From: Octopus vulgaris
Taxonomy: Eukaryota
NCBI GenBank assembly: GCA_951406725.2
Contig: OX597827.1
Span: 53,692,001-53,756,000 of the forward strand
Reading direction: 5' to 3'
DNA: 64,000 nt
Each line of letters starts with the position of its first letter. The stretch's first letter is position 1. The notes under the pieces are model-generated. The model was given only the letters and a program-made list of their open reading frames with translations, did no database searches and was not told where the DNA came from. The translations under genes were made by a program, and so were the position numbers. Of this stretch, positions 38,484 through 53,984 are shown piece by piece.

Positions 38484-38620
38484 CATATATATATAAATAT
38501 ATATATACATACATACATATCTGCTTGTCAATTTATCTGTCAATCAATCCATCCATCCATCCATCCATCAACCTACATACCTATCTATCTGCGTATCTGT
38601 CAACCAAATTCCATTGCCCT

Positions 38621-38663
<43 letters not shown>

Positions 38664-38687
38664 GTGTGTATATATATATATATATCG

Positions 38688-38915
38688 TGGCACTCCGTCA
38701 GTTACGACGACGAGGGTTTCAGTTGATCGGATCAACGGAACAGACTGCTCGTGAAATTAACGTGCAAGTGGTTGAGCACTACACAGACACGTGTACCCAT
38801 AACGTAGTTCTCAGGGATATTCAGCGTGACACAGTGTGACATGGCTGGCCCTTTGAAATACAGGTACAACAGAAACAGGAAGAAAGAGTGAGAGAAAGTT
38901 GTGGTGAAAGACCAC
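38688..38915 (-). mobile_element. SINE family C 3' half
   Basis: Matches 7141-7360. Confidence 0.85.
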
Positions 38916-38941
38916 ACAATATGTGTATGTGGGTGTATATA

Positions 38942-39165
38942 TCTATATATATAAAACTGAGAATGTGTGTCTGTCTGTGTGAATCCCTAAAACTTGAGAA
39001 CTACACAACCAATTTCATTCAAATTTTACACATGCCTTACTTAGGGTCCATGTAGTGTCATGAGCAAAAATATATTTAACATCTTGTCTAGGGCGGGCTC
39101 GCAGCAATATCATATCTTCTCCACTATTTCAGTATTACGTGTTAAAGGTGAAATAAAAATATCTC
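38942..39165 (+). mobile_element. Helitron 5' fragment
   Basis: A|TCTATATATATAAAACTGAGAATGTGTGTCTGTCTGTG...ACTACACAACCAATTTCATTCAAATTT; no 3' CTAG terminus found. Confidence 0.6.
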
Positions 39166-39186
39166 TCTATTGTATGTATATGGATG

Positions 39187-39269
<83 letters not shown>

Positions 39270-39420
39270 ATATACATGTATATGTATACATGCATATGTA
39301 TACATGTAAGTCTAGATGTATATATATAGATGTACATGTAATATATGTACATATATACATGCATACATATATACACCCATACACACACCTCCACCCACCC
39401 ACCCACACACACACATACAT

Positions 39421-39735
39421 AGGTGCAGGTTTGGCTGTGTGGTAACAAACTTGGTTCCAAAACACATGGTCCTCAGTTCAGTTCCACTGTGTGGTAACTT
39501 GACATGTGTCTTCTGCTATAGCCTCAGACCAACCAAAGCCTTGTCAGTGGATTTTGTAGGCAGAAACTGAAAGAAATCAATTGTATGTGTATGTATATAT
39601 GTAAGTCTATGTGTGTGTCTTTGTGTTTCTCCCTCATCACTGCTTCACAACTGCTGTTCGTTTATTTACATCCCCATAACTTACTGGTTTCACAAGAAGA
39701 AACTGATAGAATAAGTACCAGGCTTATCAAAATAT
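39421..39735 (+). mobile_element. SINE family A, diverged
   Basis: Degenerate head, body and partial tail. Confidence 0.8.
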
Positions 39736-39801
39736 AAAAAAGCACTACGCAGTGTCTCATATTTTTGTTTGCCCACTCAGTTGTATCTATCAATTTATCT
39801 T

Positions 39802-39852
<51 letters not shown>

Positions 39853-39855
39853 ATA

Positions 39856-40240
39856 TCTCTCTATATATAAACGGCAGTTTGTCTGTGCGTGTTTCTGTGT
39901 GTCTGTTTGCTTGTACCCTCCCCCTGACCACGGCTTTCAACCGATTCTGATGAAACTTGACACACACATAGCCCAATATCATAATTCAAAACTGACGCAG
40001 CGAAAATTTTGAAAAGTTCCCCCAGTTCTGAAAAAAATCGATAAATTCGACATGGGGTCGAGAATCAGAAACACAAACCATAAACTGTCTAGGGGACGCA
40101 ACTCCACCTTTTTTAAATCTCAAAAACAAATTTACCATCATTTTTTTCCATTTTTTTGCTATTTTTTGGCTATAACTCTCTAAAAATGCTTTATAGTTAT
40201 TTCCCTTACAAACCTGAGCAACGCCGGGCGATACTGCTAG
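39856..40240 (+). mobile_element. Non-autonomous Helitron
   Basis: A|TC start, subterminal hairpin and CTAG|T end; near-identical to 49519-49874. Confidence 0.9.
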
Positions 40241-40271
<31 letters not shown>

Positions 40272-40334
40272 ATATCGTAGACAGGAACTGAAACAAATCA
40301 CTCGTATATATATGTATGTATATATGTAAGTGTA

Positions 40335-41510
40335 TGTGTTTTGATATTGGCAACATGAATGACAATGGTCGTAGACTACTTGAATTTTGCACATACCATA
40401 ACCCGTGCATCACCAACACACTCTTTGCCAACAAGACATCCCACAAGGCATCTTGGAGACATCCAAGATCTCACCACTAGCATCAGCTGGATCTCATCAT
40501 TAAACGAAGATCCTTTTTGAATTCTGTTCAACTGACCCGTAGTTACCACAGTGCGGATTGTGACACATATCATTCACTAATAAGAAGCAGAGTGAGGATT
40601 CTGCCTAAAAAAGTCCATCTCTCCAAGAAAATGGGCCGACCACGCATTAACACTGCCAGAACCTCGGACCCTACACTGCGAAAATGTTTTGCTGTTTCTA
40701 TCAAGGTTGCTCTCAGTAGCTGCCCAACCTCCTCTGCTGAAAGTAGGTGGAATTATATCAGGGAAGCTTTGTATACCACATCAATAGCTACTTTCGGCAT
40801 GAGAGAAAGGCAAAACCCAGATTGGTTCAGTGCTGGGCTCTCAGAGCTGGAAACAGTTTTCGAAGCAAAGCGTGCAGCTCTGATGCAATACAGGAGTGAT
40901 TCTTCTACAAAGTCACTCGAAGAACTCAGAAAGGCAAGGAATAAAACTCAACTGACTGCCAGACGCTGTGCAAATAGGTATTGGCAGGAAATCTGTCAGA
41001 GTATTCAGTCAGCTGCTGACAGTGGCGACACCCATGGGATGTATACCGGTTTGAAGAAGACCCTCGGTCCATCCGCAACCAACTCAGCCCCACTGAAATC
41101 AACTACTGGAGATCTCATCAAGGACCAAAGCAAGAAAATGGATAGATGGCTGGAGTACTACCAGGATCTCTACTCACGGGAGACCACGGTAGCTGAGGCT
41201 GTAATCGAGGGTGTCAAGACCTTGCCAGTCATGTGTGAACTGGACAGTCTGCCATCTATAGCAGAGCAACAAGGCTCCGGGAAAAGATGTCATCCCCTTA
41301 GATATCATCAAAACCGGCAAAAACACTATCCTGCTTCGGCACCTTCATGAGCTTCTGTGTCAGTGCTGGGGAGAGGGTACGGCCCCTCAGGATATGCGGG
41401 ATGCTAACATTACGCTTTGCAAAAACAAAGATGAACGTGGTGATTGTAACAATAACCGTGGAATATCTCTTCTAAGCACTGTTGGAAAGGCCTTTGCTCG
41501 CGTTATGCAC
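40335..41510 (+). pseudogene. RTE-clade (BovB-like) LINE fragment: endonuclease C-terminus to start of RT
   Basis: MNDNGRRLLEFC..ITNTLF..SWRHPRS..HQLDLII..ADCDTYHSLI..RWLEYYQDLYS..CNNNRGISLLSTVGKAFARV. Confidence 0.9.
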
Positions 41511-41691
41511 TTGTAGAAGAGAACGCCATCTTTAGGACATAATTTTCAGACAATAATACTTTGGATTATTGATTATTAAAAACCAAGTTGTTTTCTTTCT
41601 GTCAATAAAATTTTCTGTTGGATTTGGATTTTTCTTATTTTTACTGGGTATTTCAAAAGTTCCATTTGGGTGGAGGGGGGCACCCTGTATG

Positions 41692-41781
<90 letters not shown>

Positions 41782-41829
41782 TATATATATATATATATAT
41801 ATATACATACAGAGACACATATATGTGTC

Positions 41830-41876
<47 letters not shown>

Positions 41877-41963
41877 GTATACGTATGTGCATCGAGATAC
41901 GTGTGTGTGTATATATATATATATATAATTTTAAAATATAAAGATATATGTAAAAGGGAAAAC

Positions 41964-42024
<61 letters not shown>

Positions 42025-42063
42025 GAAAATATATAAAACAATATATTCATATTTACACATTTA

Positions 42064-42610
42064 TTGGAAACCGTTGACTACTCACGAGTTTCTCCGTTCT
42101 TTGACGGGTCTTATTTTTCGTCCTTTAGAGGGATCCAACAAGGCTGGTGGTGTTGCCAGTTTGGTCACCAACGATCCGACTACGCATCAGGTTGTACTGG
42201 GTTATATGTTACCAGTAGCACTCAAAAGAAATTTAAAGAAAAATGCCACGATCAAAAAGAAAATGAATCCCTTTTTTGTGTGCAGTTCGTGACAGACTAT
42301 ACCTTTCTTTTGCTGGACTCAAATCTCATTTGCGGACCCATGAAATCGAACCTCCACCAAATACTCTGCCTATCTGCTGCATACTTGTCAATGACATGTA
42401 TGCCCATAAGGTCTGCAAACCTAACGGAGGCCTCAAAAGACATTTTAAAATCCACAAAAATCAGAACTTAACTGCAACTCTTGGTTGTCCAAAGCGGATA
42501 TGCAATTTACGTGGGAGTCTTTAAACGTTGTATTGTTTAAAAAGCCACATCAGACGCCATGATAGATCTAAGGAATAAGTACAAGAGGTAATCAGTCTCT
42601 GCATAACGAG
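42064..42610 (+). pseudogene. Probable LINE 3' end with degenerate C2H2-like zinc fingers
   Basis: CAVRDRLYLSFAGLKSHLRTH, VCKPNGGLKRHFKIH and a third decayed KSHIRRH repeat in shifting frames. Confidence 0.55.
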
Positions 42611-43131
42611 TAGACAACCACCATGTGTGCGTGTGCGTGTGCGTGTGCGTGTGCGTGTGCGTGTGTGTATGTGTGTGTACGTGTGTGTGTGTGTATACAT
42701 ACACGTCATACATCATAATGGTGGGAAGCTTATCCTCGTTGTTGACGTCATAGTAGTTGTACTGGTATAAGTTGTTGCGATGAAAAATAAAGAAAAAAGA
42801 CGGAAAATAGTTATAAAGAAAAGGAAAAGCTTTCACAATGTGATTGTCTTATAGAAATAATCAAGTTTTACAATTGCACCGAAACTAACTGCTGAATTGC
42901 CCGTTGACTTGCAAGGTTAACTGAAACTTTGCATGTGTTAAAATGTTAAGCCGTAAAATATGTTTAACAGTACAATCAATTTTATTAAGTTTCTAATGCT
43001 GAGTTCAGAAGCAGTTAAGAACAGGACGAACATATTACAAAGAAGCAACGTTAGGCGTGAGATAATTATTTATCGCTCATTGATTACCAACCCTTGTTTA
43101 AAGAAACATCTTAGCGAGTAGCTCCAACATC

Positions 43132-43587
43132 GGATCTTTTCGGTTTGACCGGCAGTTTTTTAAAATAATTTCCACGAAACTAAACACTTTTAAACTCCGT
43201 ATACTGGTAGAATGTGTTTATAAAACATGTTTATAAAACATCTTGGCTTTATTGAGAAAATTCTATAGTTTGTAAGACATTTGTTGTTGTTTTTTCTTCA
43301 ATTTCTGAAATTTCAACCAATCAATGACGTCTATTGAGGTGAAAACATTTTGTGCCGTATGACTATGTCCCTCGTTTAAGAAACAGATTGGGTTTATTTA
43401 CATTTCTGAAGAAAAAAAGTAACCTTTCCCCCAACACCCTAACCCTAACTAACCCTAACTAACGCTAACTCTAACCCTAACCCTAAAACAGATTGAAATG
43501 CAATAGATCGATACTAGGGTCATAATTATGGGTGACAATTTCATATGACACCGCTAGAAAAAACTGCCGTTCAAGCCGAAAAGATCC
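43132..43587. mobile_element. Non-autonomous DNA transposon with GG termini and 8-bp TSD (Merlin-like), carrying (CCCTAA)n
   Basis: TIR GGATCTTTTCGGTTTGACCGGCAGTTTTT / AAAAACTGCCGTTCAAGCCGAAAAGATCC; TSD CCAACATC/CCAATATC. Confidence 0.8.
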
Positions 43588-43952
43588 CCAATATCTTATC
43601 GTGCCTTTCTTCAAAAACCAACTGAACCCAGGTTAACCCAGGTTAGCCCTGTCGAAATTTTGAAGATAGTTATATAAAGAGGGATAACAAACATATAGAA
43701 GCTTCCAGTTAACCTTTATTGCAGTAAATAAATCAAATACACTGGTTAAATAAATACAAGCACTATTTTGCGTCTAGTTAACCTTTATCGCAGTAAACAA
43801 ACCAAATACAACTGTCCTCAAACGAGGACAGTGGGTTAAAATCAACTTAATGTCGCTGCCTCATAGCAGGTTAAAGGGAATTAGTGTGAATACTAGAAAG
43901 GGACAGAAGGGTGCAAATATTGATTTTTCTGAATTCACAAAAGAAAAATTCT

Positions 43953-44433
43953 TACTATTCTTTTACTTGTTTCAGTCATTAAATTGCGACCATGCTGGGG
44001 CACTGCCTTGAAGAATTTTTAGTCGAAAAATCGACACCAGTTCTTATTCTACAGGGCTCTTTTGCCGAACTGCTAGGTTACGACGACATAAACACACCAC
44101 ACACGTTCTCAAGTGTTAGTGGAGGGGGGGTCAAACACAGACACACAAATACATACATACATACACACGCACACACGCACACACATTATTCTATCGATTT
44201 CTTTTTGCTGAACCGTTAAGTTACGGGGATGTAAATACACGATAACTGGTTGTCAAGCAGTGGCGGTGGGGACAAACACAGACATAAAGACACACACATA
44301 CACATATACGACGGACGTCTTTCAGTTTTCGTCTGCTAAATTCACTCACAAGGCTTCGGTCGGTGCCACGCAGTGGGACTGAACCCGGAACCATGTGGCT
44401 GGGAGGTAAACTTCTAATCACACAGCCACGCCT
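43953..44433 (-). mobile_element. SINE family A, rearranged (tail segment duplicated)
   Basis: Two copies of the GCCGAAC..GTTACG..ACACC segment (44060 and 44200) precede one head. Confidence 0.75.
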
Positions 44434-45701
44434 GTAAAAGTAATTTTGATTGAATCGACCCACCCAGTGTCCTGTACTTAATTTATCGACCCAGTGAATG
44501 CCTTAGTACTTGATTTATCAATACCGGTTGAATGAATGACAATGAAGGCTCGATGCTACCGCAAATATTGACAATGCAATGGCTGGCGTGCGCCGAAGAT
44601 CGGTAAACACAAAATTACGCCTTGGTCATAATTTCCAGTTGCATAACACCCTAATGTCACATCTTGATTCCTTCTCGACTCTTAAGAACAGGGATTGTGT
44701 AGGTAACCAAAAGAAACCTACGTTAGTGTTATGTCGACAATGAGTATTATCAGAGATCCTGGAAAAGTATTTCGGTTAATATAGAATATCGTGCAAATAT
44801 ATGTATCATTTTCAGCATCAATAATCCTTTAAAATTCAATACATACAGCTTTTATAAATTTCTAAAGCTGAAAGAAAACAGCTGATTTGGTCTCCCACAT
44901 AGTAACGCATTTATATCATTTATTATTCTAATTACGTTGAATTCGAATATCATTCAACTGGAATTGTAACCATGTTAGAGTTTCACATAGCAACTGAGAA
45001 AAATTGTGGGGGGATCTGAGCGTAGTATGTATCAAATGTGTTTAATATATTATGTAAAGTAAACCTGCTTCGATGAGACAAACAAATTCATAATCTTGCC
45101 GTCTGTTAAATGTAGATTTGCTTTCACCGCAGTGCATCGAGTTGTAGGTCTTATAATAATATAGCGTCTTTCAAGTATAATGACAAATGTAGATGTAATT
45201 ACGGTATTTATTAGTTTAATTCATATCAACGACTTCACTTTTCAGCGTGCACCTATATACTGTTGTGTATGTGTGTGTGCGCGCGTGTATGTACTGGTTG
45301 TACGTATAAATAAATACAGCTAAAACTCACAATACATACGGCTTTCAAGTTACAGTTGGCAACCATCTTACCTAGGTTGTATATAGTAAAATTATTGGAA
45401 AATTAGTACAATAGATTATATCAATATTATAATTGAATTCATTGTTGTGTACAAGGTCATTGTCTTCTATTGACGGTTAAGTTGAATATGAAAATAAAAA
45501 AGATATAGAAGCTTTTATAACTCTCCCACTATAGCTCATATCTAATCTATGCCAGACTGACTGGCTGTCTGACTGTCTGACTGTTCGTCCGTTCGACTGC
45601 CAATTGCATTTCACTCTTTGCCTGACCTCTCTTCAAACCTAATAATACATTTCCTCTCCCCACTTTTTCGATCTCTCCCTCCCTCATCCTCACTCTCTCA
45701 C

Positions 45702-45766
<65 letters not shown>

Positions 45767-45809
45767 CATATATATGCATATGTATATACTAATATAAATA
45801 TTATATATA

Positions 45810-45853
<44 letters not shown>

Positions 45854-45863
45854 TAAATATTAC

Positions 45864-45918
<55 letters not shown>

Positions 45919-45921
<3 letters not shown>

Positions 45922-46250
45922 TCCTCCTTTACTCTCTCTCTCTCGTTGCTCAGACGTGACCTTCGTCCATCTTTCCTTTTCTCACGTGATCGTCTTGCTT
46001 TTTATTCAGTCTGTCGCGCAGTCCGGACGCATTCTTATCTGTCTCCTCTCCTATCTTTTCTCTTATCAAAGAATCTTCCTCCAGCGTTTGCTATCTTACC
46101 CCATCTTCGTTTCGTTTCGTTTGTTGTATGCCTTGTTTATGTTTCATGTCTTGTTTTCCATTTTTTTCTCTCGTTCTTTCCGTAACCCAACTTTATTTTC
46201 GTATTTCATATTGTTTACGTTTTATGATGTCTTGTACCCATATATGCGTA
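45919..46250 (+). repeat. Pyrimidine-rich repeat, copy 1 (possible Penelope-like terminal repeat remnant)
   Basis: Homologous to 46390-46930 (direct) and 48310-48800 (inverted). Confidence 0.75.
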
Positions 46251-46308
46251 CCTATATACTTATGTATGTATGTATGTATGTATGTATGTATGTATGTATG
46301 TATGTATG

Positions 46309-46349
<41 letters not shown>

Positions 46350-46389
46350 TATTTATATGTATACTATTTATATTATTATTTGATTGAAC

Positions 46390-46930
46390 GCCACGCATCC
46401 ATTTCCAAATAAGTTTGTCTTAATATATCTGATGCGACTCTATCCTTTACTATTTTCTCTCTCCCTCTTCCTCTCTCTCTATATATCTCTCTCACGCTCA
46501 CTGCCCTTCACAGTTTTCTATCTGTCTCTCTTTTGTTGCTCACACGTGACCTTCATCCATTTTTCCTTTCCTCACGCGATCATCTTTTTCTCCAGTCTGT
46601 CGCGCAGTCCACACGCATTCTTATCTGTCTCCTCTCCAATCTTTTCTCTTATCAAAAAATCCTCTTCCAGCGTTCGCTACCTTACCTCGTCTTCGCCAAA
46701 AGGCCCTCCTTGTTTGCCTTCTTCTCGTCTGGTTTGTCGTATGTCCTGTTGTTGTTACCAACTTTGAGCCTCAGCAAATCCCAAATTTGCTGAGGCTCAA
46801 AGTCTTATATTGTCGTTCATTGCCCGAAATAAGGAGTAGAAGGACAGCCGACAACAGATGAAGGGTCGTTTTTTATCTTACTTCTCTTGTTTTCCATTTG
46901 TTTCTCTCGTTCTTTCCGTAAACAACTTTA
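46390..46930 (+). repeat. Pyrimidine-rich repeat, copy 2
   Basis: GTTGCTCACACGTGACC...CAGCCGACAACAGATGAAGGGTCG shared with the sister copies. Confidence 0.75.
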
Positions 46931-47024
46931 CAACGGCGGTGCATCAGCATGATAGCAGCACTGAGCTGAAACTACAGAAAAAAATATGAGCGTAGTGATG
47001 CGTGCATTGGTATATATGCGTGTA

Positions 47025-47059
<35 letters not shown>

Positions 47060-47066
47060 GTATGTT

Positions 47067-47763
<697 letters not shown>

Positions 47764-48254
47764 CCCAAATCACGGCGGTTTGGTATGTATAACTATTAAA
47801 TCGAAAATTATGCGAGGTGAAAAGAGTTAATTCCGGTCGGTATGTGTGTACACGATCTCGTAGTAGTAGATATAGAGAGATATGGTAATGTTACAGAGAA
47901 AAGAAAGTGAGTTAGTGAAAGTGGGAGTGGTGGAACGAGACAGCATTTCGCTTGAGCCGATCAACCGCTTCACTAACTGACTTTGGCTTACAGAGTTCTT
48001 GTTTTTATAACTATTCAAAACCAGCCGGAAGGATAGTCCTATTGTTGAGACAATAGATTTCGTTGGCGGTCTGTTATCTTTATTCTAACTTTTGGTGGAT
48101 TAGAAGAGGTTAGAAGGGTCAAGTGGTTAAGACATTATTCCGGCAAATGTATTATTGTGGTAAATGTAACTCCTGTCACTCACAGAAAAACTATTGTTTT
48201 ACCGTAAGAAAAGTGCTTTTGAACTGTTAAGTGAAATTTGCCTGCATAAAGCCG

Positions 48255-48309
<55 letters not shown>

Positions 48310-48310
<1 letters not shown>

Positions 48311-48800
48311 GACGTCACCAACAGTAAACATGAAATACGAAAACAAATGAGCTCAATACACAAACGAGAGAAACAAATGGAAACAGGACAAGTAACATAA
48401 AGAACGACCCTTCGTCAGTTGTCGGCTGTCTATCTCCTCCTCACTGCGAGCATTGAACGACAATATCAGTCTTCGAAATTTGGGATTTGTGGCGGGTCAA
48501 TGTTGAGAACAAGAACAGGACAGTGGAGACATACAAGGAAACTGAATGAAAACAAACATAGAGGGTCGTTAGACCAGAACGAGGGTAAAATAGCGAATAC
48601 CGGAGAAATATTTTCTTTGACAAAAGAAAAAATAGTAGAAAGAGATAGGATTGTCCGTTCCTTAGGACAGTCCTGAAAGAAAAGAAAGATGATCACGTGA
48701 GGAAAAGAAAGAAGGATGATGGTCACGTGTGAGCAACGAGAGAGAGAATGAGAGAGAAAACGATGGGGAGAAAAACAGTATAGAGTAGAGTCACATCATA
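48310..48800 (-). repeat. Pyrimidine-rich repeat, copy 3 (inverted)
   Basis: Reverse complement aligns to 46430-46920; contains CCGACAA-CTGACGA-AGGG. Confidence 0.75.
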
Positions 48801-48850
48801 CACACACACACATATATACATATATATATTCACACACATACATATATATG

Positions 48851-48910
<60 letters not shown>

Positions 48911-49055
48911 TAGATCTGTCTATCTATATATATATCTACATACATATATGTATATGCGCGCGCGCGTGTGCGTGTATGCGAGCGCGCACGTATGTGTGTG
49001 TCTGCGTATACTTATATATGTGTGTACACACTGAAACATACACAAATGCATGTAG

Positions 49056-49089
<34 letters not shown>

Positions 49090-49518
49090 ACAATCATTGC
49101 ATCACACCCATTTATATATATTTCTTTATATATATATATCCCTCCAGCAAATTTGGTATTGATTTCGCAACTGACATTCAGGGAGCGAGAAAATAAAATC
49201 TACTCTCGATTATATTACACCTTACTTGCGCCTGAAGCCACGGATGTGGTGATATTTCATTTCCAGAAATGAGTAATAAACCTGTCCGCCGCAAAACATA
49301 GCTCGGCCGTTAGTGGCTCCAAGAATGCTCATTCGTAAGTAGTAATAAAGCCCATAAAGACAACGAAGTATGCAGGAATTCAAAAAAGTTGACAGTGACG
49401 CTGGGCGTCAGAAACCGCGACTGCTCATCGGTATATAACTCATGCCAAGCGCCACAAACTATGGAACTGGCGATGTTTCGCTGATGGAGATGTACATATC
49501 TATTATGCATGTGTCATA

Positions 49519-49874
49519 TCTCTCTCTATATAAACGGCAGTTTGTCTGTGTGTGTTTCTGACCACGGCTTTCAACCGATTCTGGTGAAACTTGACACACA
49601 CATAGCCCAATGTCATAATTCAAAACTAACGCAGCGAAAATTTTGAAAAGTTCCCCCAGTTCTAAAAAAATCGATAAATTCGACATGGGGTCGAGAATCA
49701 GAAACACAAACCACAGACTGTCTAGGGGACGCAACTCCACCTTTTTAACTCTCAAAAATAAATTTACCATAATTTTTTTTCCATTTTTTTGCTATTTTTT
49801 TGGCTATAACTCTCTAAAAATGCTTTATAGTTATTTCCCTTACAAACCCGAGCAACGCCGGGCGATACTGCTAG
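49519..49874 (+). mobile_element. Non-autonomous Helitron
   Basis: A|TC start, CCCGAGCAACGCCGGG hairpin and CTAG|T end. Confidence 0.9.
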
Positions 49875-50634
49875 TCCACTTATAAGCTAAACACTGATGT
49901 GAGCCAGGATGAAATTTTTTCTTTGGAAGTGAGAATATGATTGAGCGCCTATCCTTCGTTTTGATACAGTAAACTCTGAGACATAATGAAGTCAAGACCA
50001 CATGGCATATATGACAATATAGGACCTATTTAAAGTGGGTAAAGAGCTCTACAAACCTTGCAATACAATCTAACTTGCTATATACGGGACATAAGACATC
50101 ATATTATATATTTGCTCTGCCTCGTAATTTCTATCGCCGAATAAAGGTATCTTGTTGCATGCACCGGTTTTCTCCATTAGCCTGTTACTGGCAACATTGA
50201 AGATGGGGAAATGAAGTTTACTTAATGTATTCCATTCTTCATTTGAATGAAATGCGAACATACCTCTAAACATATACACACACATTCTTAATGTGCGAAT
50301 GTTTACGTTATTGGATGGCCATCGACTTTTGTGATTTCATCTACCTTTTGATAGTTCTTGTTTCTCGTCCTGCAAGGTGTCTAAAATCAGCCTCCTCACA
50401 AAGCAAGTTTGGTGGGGTTGCTGGTTTAGTCGCCATTGACTTAAACACGCAATGAGTTGTGTTGATTACATGGTACGAGTTGCAGTCTTATATGTCCTCA
50501 TTGTACATACATGTGACACGTGCGTGTGTATGAACTATATGAGTTTGTATGAACTATATGAGTGTGTATGAACTATATGTGTATCTCCTCTCTCTCTCTC
50601 TCTCACACACACGCTGGCGCGCGCACACACACAA

Positions 50635-50687
<53 letters not shown>

Positions 50688-51737
50688 AACATTCACAGAC
50701 ACGAAGACACACGTATGGGAAATCTTTATTATGATCAAACTGATCCTACATAGAAAAGGACATTACAAGACAAACAAATACAAGACAAACAAATACAAAG
50801 ATGAGTTCGAATGAGCATTATGTGAAAAATTTACTTTAAAAAATTTTATATAACGATTAACTATTTCTTTAACTAGAACTTTAAAAAAAGAAAAAAAGAA
50901 AACAAAGAAAAAAAAACGAATAAAAGTTCAAAAGATCGAACCCGGCAGCCTATAAGGCCCAGCAACTATCTTTTCCTTTCATCAATGGTTAAGCTGGGTT
51001 ACTAACACCTACCTTCCATCGTTTCTCGTATTCACTCGGTGGCAGGGTCTCCCTCTCCAACCCCATCTTGCTCTTCAGATGGTGTGTTTATGACGTCACA
51101 ATATTGGTGATATTTGTATGGAGCTTTGTGTGCGCGCGTATGCATGTCTATGTGTGTGTGCGTGTGTAAGTACCTACATAGGAAGATGAAAATAGTTGAT
51201 GGATTGAGGGAGATTTAGCTACTATTCCTATCATGTCTGTCTAAAATGTAGATGTACCCAAGTAAATTCATAGGTATTTCATGCATATACATAAGATTTG
51301 TGAGGGTGTGTGTAATAGACTCACACGAGAACATACAGAAAAATAGAAATAAAATGCATGTCTAGCAGGGGCGTGATAGAGAGACAAAGTGAGAAAACTA
51401 GAGACAGAAAGGTTAAGAGAACGAATGCGTAAAGGAGTCTGACAGATACTACATACTCAAACACATTCATACACAGGCCCAGATATATACTTGTTACCAA
51501 AGGCTATGTGCTCATGTGATTGCAACAATAGATATATGCAGTATATCGAACTATAGAATCAATTTTGCTTTATTATAGAAATACCTTGAAACGATGCTCA
51601 AATATAGAATACCAAATTTACAGTTATATTCTGTTGACATACAGACGACTAAACTTTGGTAATCAATATTTGGTTTTTCATCACTTTTATTGTTATTTAT
51701 TGCCATGTTTTCTTCACTGTCTATTTGAATGGACTGC

Positions 51738-52155
51738 GAGTGGCTGTGTGGTAAGTAGCTTGCTAACCAACCACATGGTTCCGGGTTCAGTCCCACTGCG
51801 TGGCATCTTGGGCAAGTGTCTTCTGCTATAGCCCCAGGCCGAACAATGCCTTGTGAGTGGATTTGGTAGACAGAAACTGAAAGAAGCCTGTCGTATATAT
51901 GTATATGTATATATATATGTATGTGTGTGTGTGAGTTTGTGTGTCTGTGTTTGTCCCCCTAGCATTGCTTGACAACCGATGCTGGTGTGTTTAGGTCCCC
52001 GTCACTTAACGGTTCGGCAAAAGAGACCGATAGAATAAGAACTGGGCTTCCAAAGAATAAGTACCGGGGTTGATTTACTCGACTAAAGGCGGTGCTCCAG
52101 CATGGCCGCACTCAAATGACTGAAACAAGTAAAAAGAAAAAAAAAGAAAAAGAAA
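51738..52155 (+). mobile_element. SINE family A, young copy
   Basis: Near-identical to 12384-12787. Confidence 0.92.
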
Positions 52156-52230
52156 GATATGCTTCTGATTGCAACCGCCAGTTTTCCTATCTTGAAAGTG
52201 CTTAGATAAGGACTTATACGGACACGGAAC

Positions 52231-53065
<835 letters not shown>

Positions 53066-53484
53066 CAAGGAATACTACTGCACACCTTGCAAACTATGTT
53101 ATGGTACCAACCAGCATGTTACTGCGGAGGATGTTTTTCTTTCTCAGAATTACACAAAACAACCCCACAAACACTAAAGTGAAGTTGAAGACGACGCTGA
53201 TTTCACACGAGTCTTTAGATGTTTGGGTGATCCCCATGGTCCCACACATAATCAAGTCTCTAATCATAGCAAAAGGTTGAAAGTGACTGAAAAAATATAG
53301 AACCAAAACTTCATACAAACGTCAGCGATATTGTGACGTCATTATCACAATATTGAAAAAAAAATTCTTTGAACGACGAAAGATGCATAAATGTCATTCT
53401 CGCATACAAATACACGCACAAACACACACACACATACATTCTCTCTCTCTCTCTCTCTCACATACATACACACCCAACCACACA

Positions 53485-53542
<58 letters not shown>

Positions 53543-53774
53543 CACACGAACACACACAGACACAAAGACTTATCTTCTTTCTGGTAGATAACTCATAATA
53601 GATCCCACTTTTCTTCACACCATGATATATGTAAACACAAGAGAGGATGATGTGATTTCAGCATAAACAGATTCGTGTAGGTAAAAGATTGTGCTAGAGA
53701 ATAGTGATCTAACTTTGTGGTTTAGACATATATGCAAGACACAAGATACGATTTTAACGGCTACTTCTATCCAC

Positions 53775-53848
53775 AGGACGTAATGGCAGACGAAATACGA
53801 CTACGCATTTCGCCCGGCGCGCTAACGTTTCTGCCAGCTCGCCGCCTT
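53775..53848 (-). mobile_element. SINE family B head fragment
   Basis: GGCGGCGAGCTGGCAGAAACGTTAGC...TATTTCGTCTGCC on the minus strand. Confidence 0.8.
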
Positions 53849-53916
53849 CAGACAGAAAGGTATTGAAAGAGAGAACGAGTGAAGGAAACCGACAAATACA
53901 CTTTTCACACACACAA

Positions 53917-53963
<47 letters not shown>

Positions 53964-53984
53964 AACAAACACACACACACACAC

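Noticed and set aside
39945-39960. CTGATGA as a hammerhead core
   Set aside because: It lies inside a Helitron, has no stem II, and the sister copy reads CTGGTGA.
41500-41690. Tc1-like end CACCCTGTA (similar ends near 30086, 20945 and 16843)
   Set aside because: Isolated half-TIRs with no demonstrable partner; probably relics, but the boundaries cannot be supported.
42276-42560. Host C2H2 zinc-finger gene exon
   Set aside because: The fingers are degenerate, in shifting frames and lack TGEKP linkers; a LINE C-terminus fits better.
43436-43486. True telomere or chromosome-fusion scar
   Set aside because: The tract is short, degenerate and enclosed within a TIR element.
51090-51100. CRE-like TGACGTCA site (also near 53335 and 42743)
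   Set aside because: An 8-mer with no associated gene or promoter context; not distinguishable from chance.
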